32,000 nucleotides of DNA. Source: Nostoc sp. PCC 7120 = FACHB-418. Its GTDB lineage: Bacteria > Cyanobacteriota > Cyanobacteriia > Cyanobacteriales > Nostocaceae. The position numbers and the translations under genes are program-made. The notes under the pieces are model-generated. The model was not told where the DNA came from, made no database searches, and worked only from the letters and a program-made list of their open reading frames with translations. The DNA lies in NCBI RefSeq assembly GCF_000009705.1, contig NC_003272.1, positions 3,960,001-3,992,000 of the forward strand, in the 5' to 3' direction. Below are positions 31,990-32,000 of this stretch, piece by piece; the first letter of the stretch is position 1, and each line of letters starts with the position of its first letter.

Positions 31990-32000
31990 CAAAAAAGGTT

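Overview
The window looks like a chromosomal segment of a filamentous Nostoc/Anabaena-type cyanobacterium. The basis is at least 14 copies of the HIP1 octamer GCGATCGC found by eye, heptamer (STRR-like) tracts, acsF, and membrane pentapeptide-repeat proteins. I support about 24 protein genes and see no rRNA, tRNA or CRISPR array. Ordinary content includes a divergent FCY1-like deaminase / nucleoside hydrolase pair, a cell-wall amidase and a degenerate ABC permease. It also includes threonine aldolase, a TM2 protein, AcsF, two pentapeptide-repeat paralogues and a SelD-associated-type flavoprotein. Three blocks stand out. (A) At 3307-15295 on the minus strand, five tightly packed genes encode four signal-peptide-bearing DUF11-repeat proteins plus a 1289-aa protein with Ig-like (Big_1) domains and a very large C-terminal beta-barrel. 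I read this as a candidate surface-fibre or adhesin export/assembly system that does not match the secretion or pilus architectures I know. (B) At 22489-26426 on the plus strand, a four-gene operon has overlapping or near-abutting genes. It contains a beta-rich 277-aa protein, a truncated ATP-grasp paralogue, a microviridin-type (MvdD/MdnC-like) ATP-grasp ligase and a secreted Gly-rich collagen-like protein, with no obvious short precursor peptide. (C) At 15897-17550, a Zn-ribbon threonine-synthase homologue is followed by a MoaD/ThiS-type protein ending in GG, which may be a sulfur-carrier-dependent homocysteine or cysteine route. All domain calls come from motif recognition by eye. No database search, HMM or structure prediction was run.
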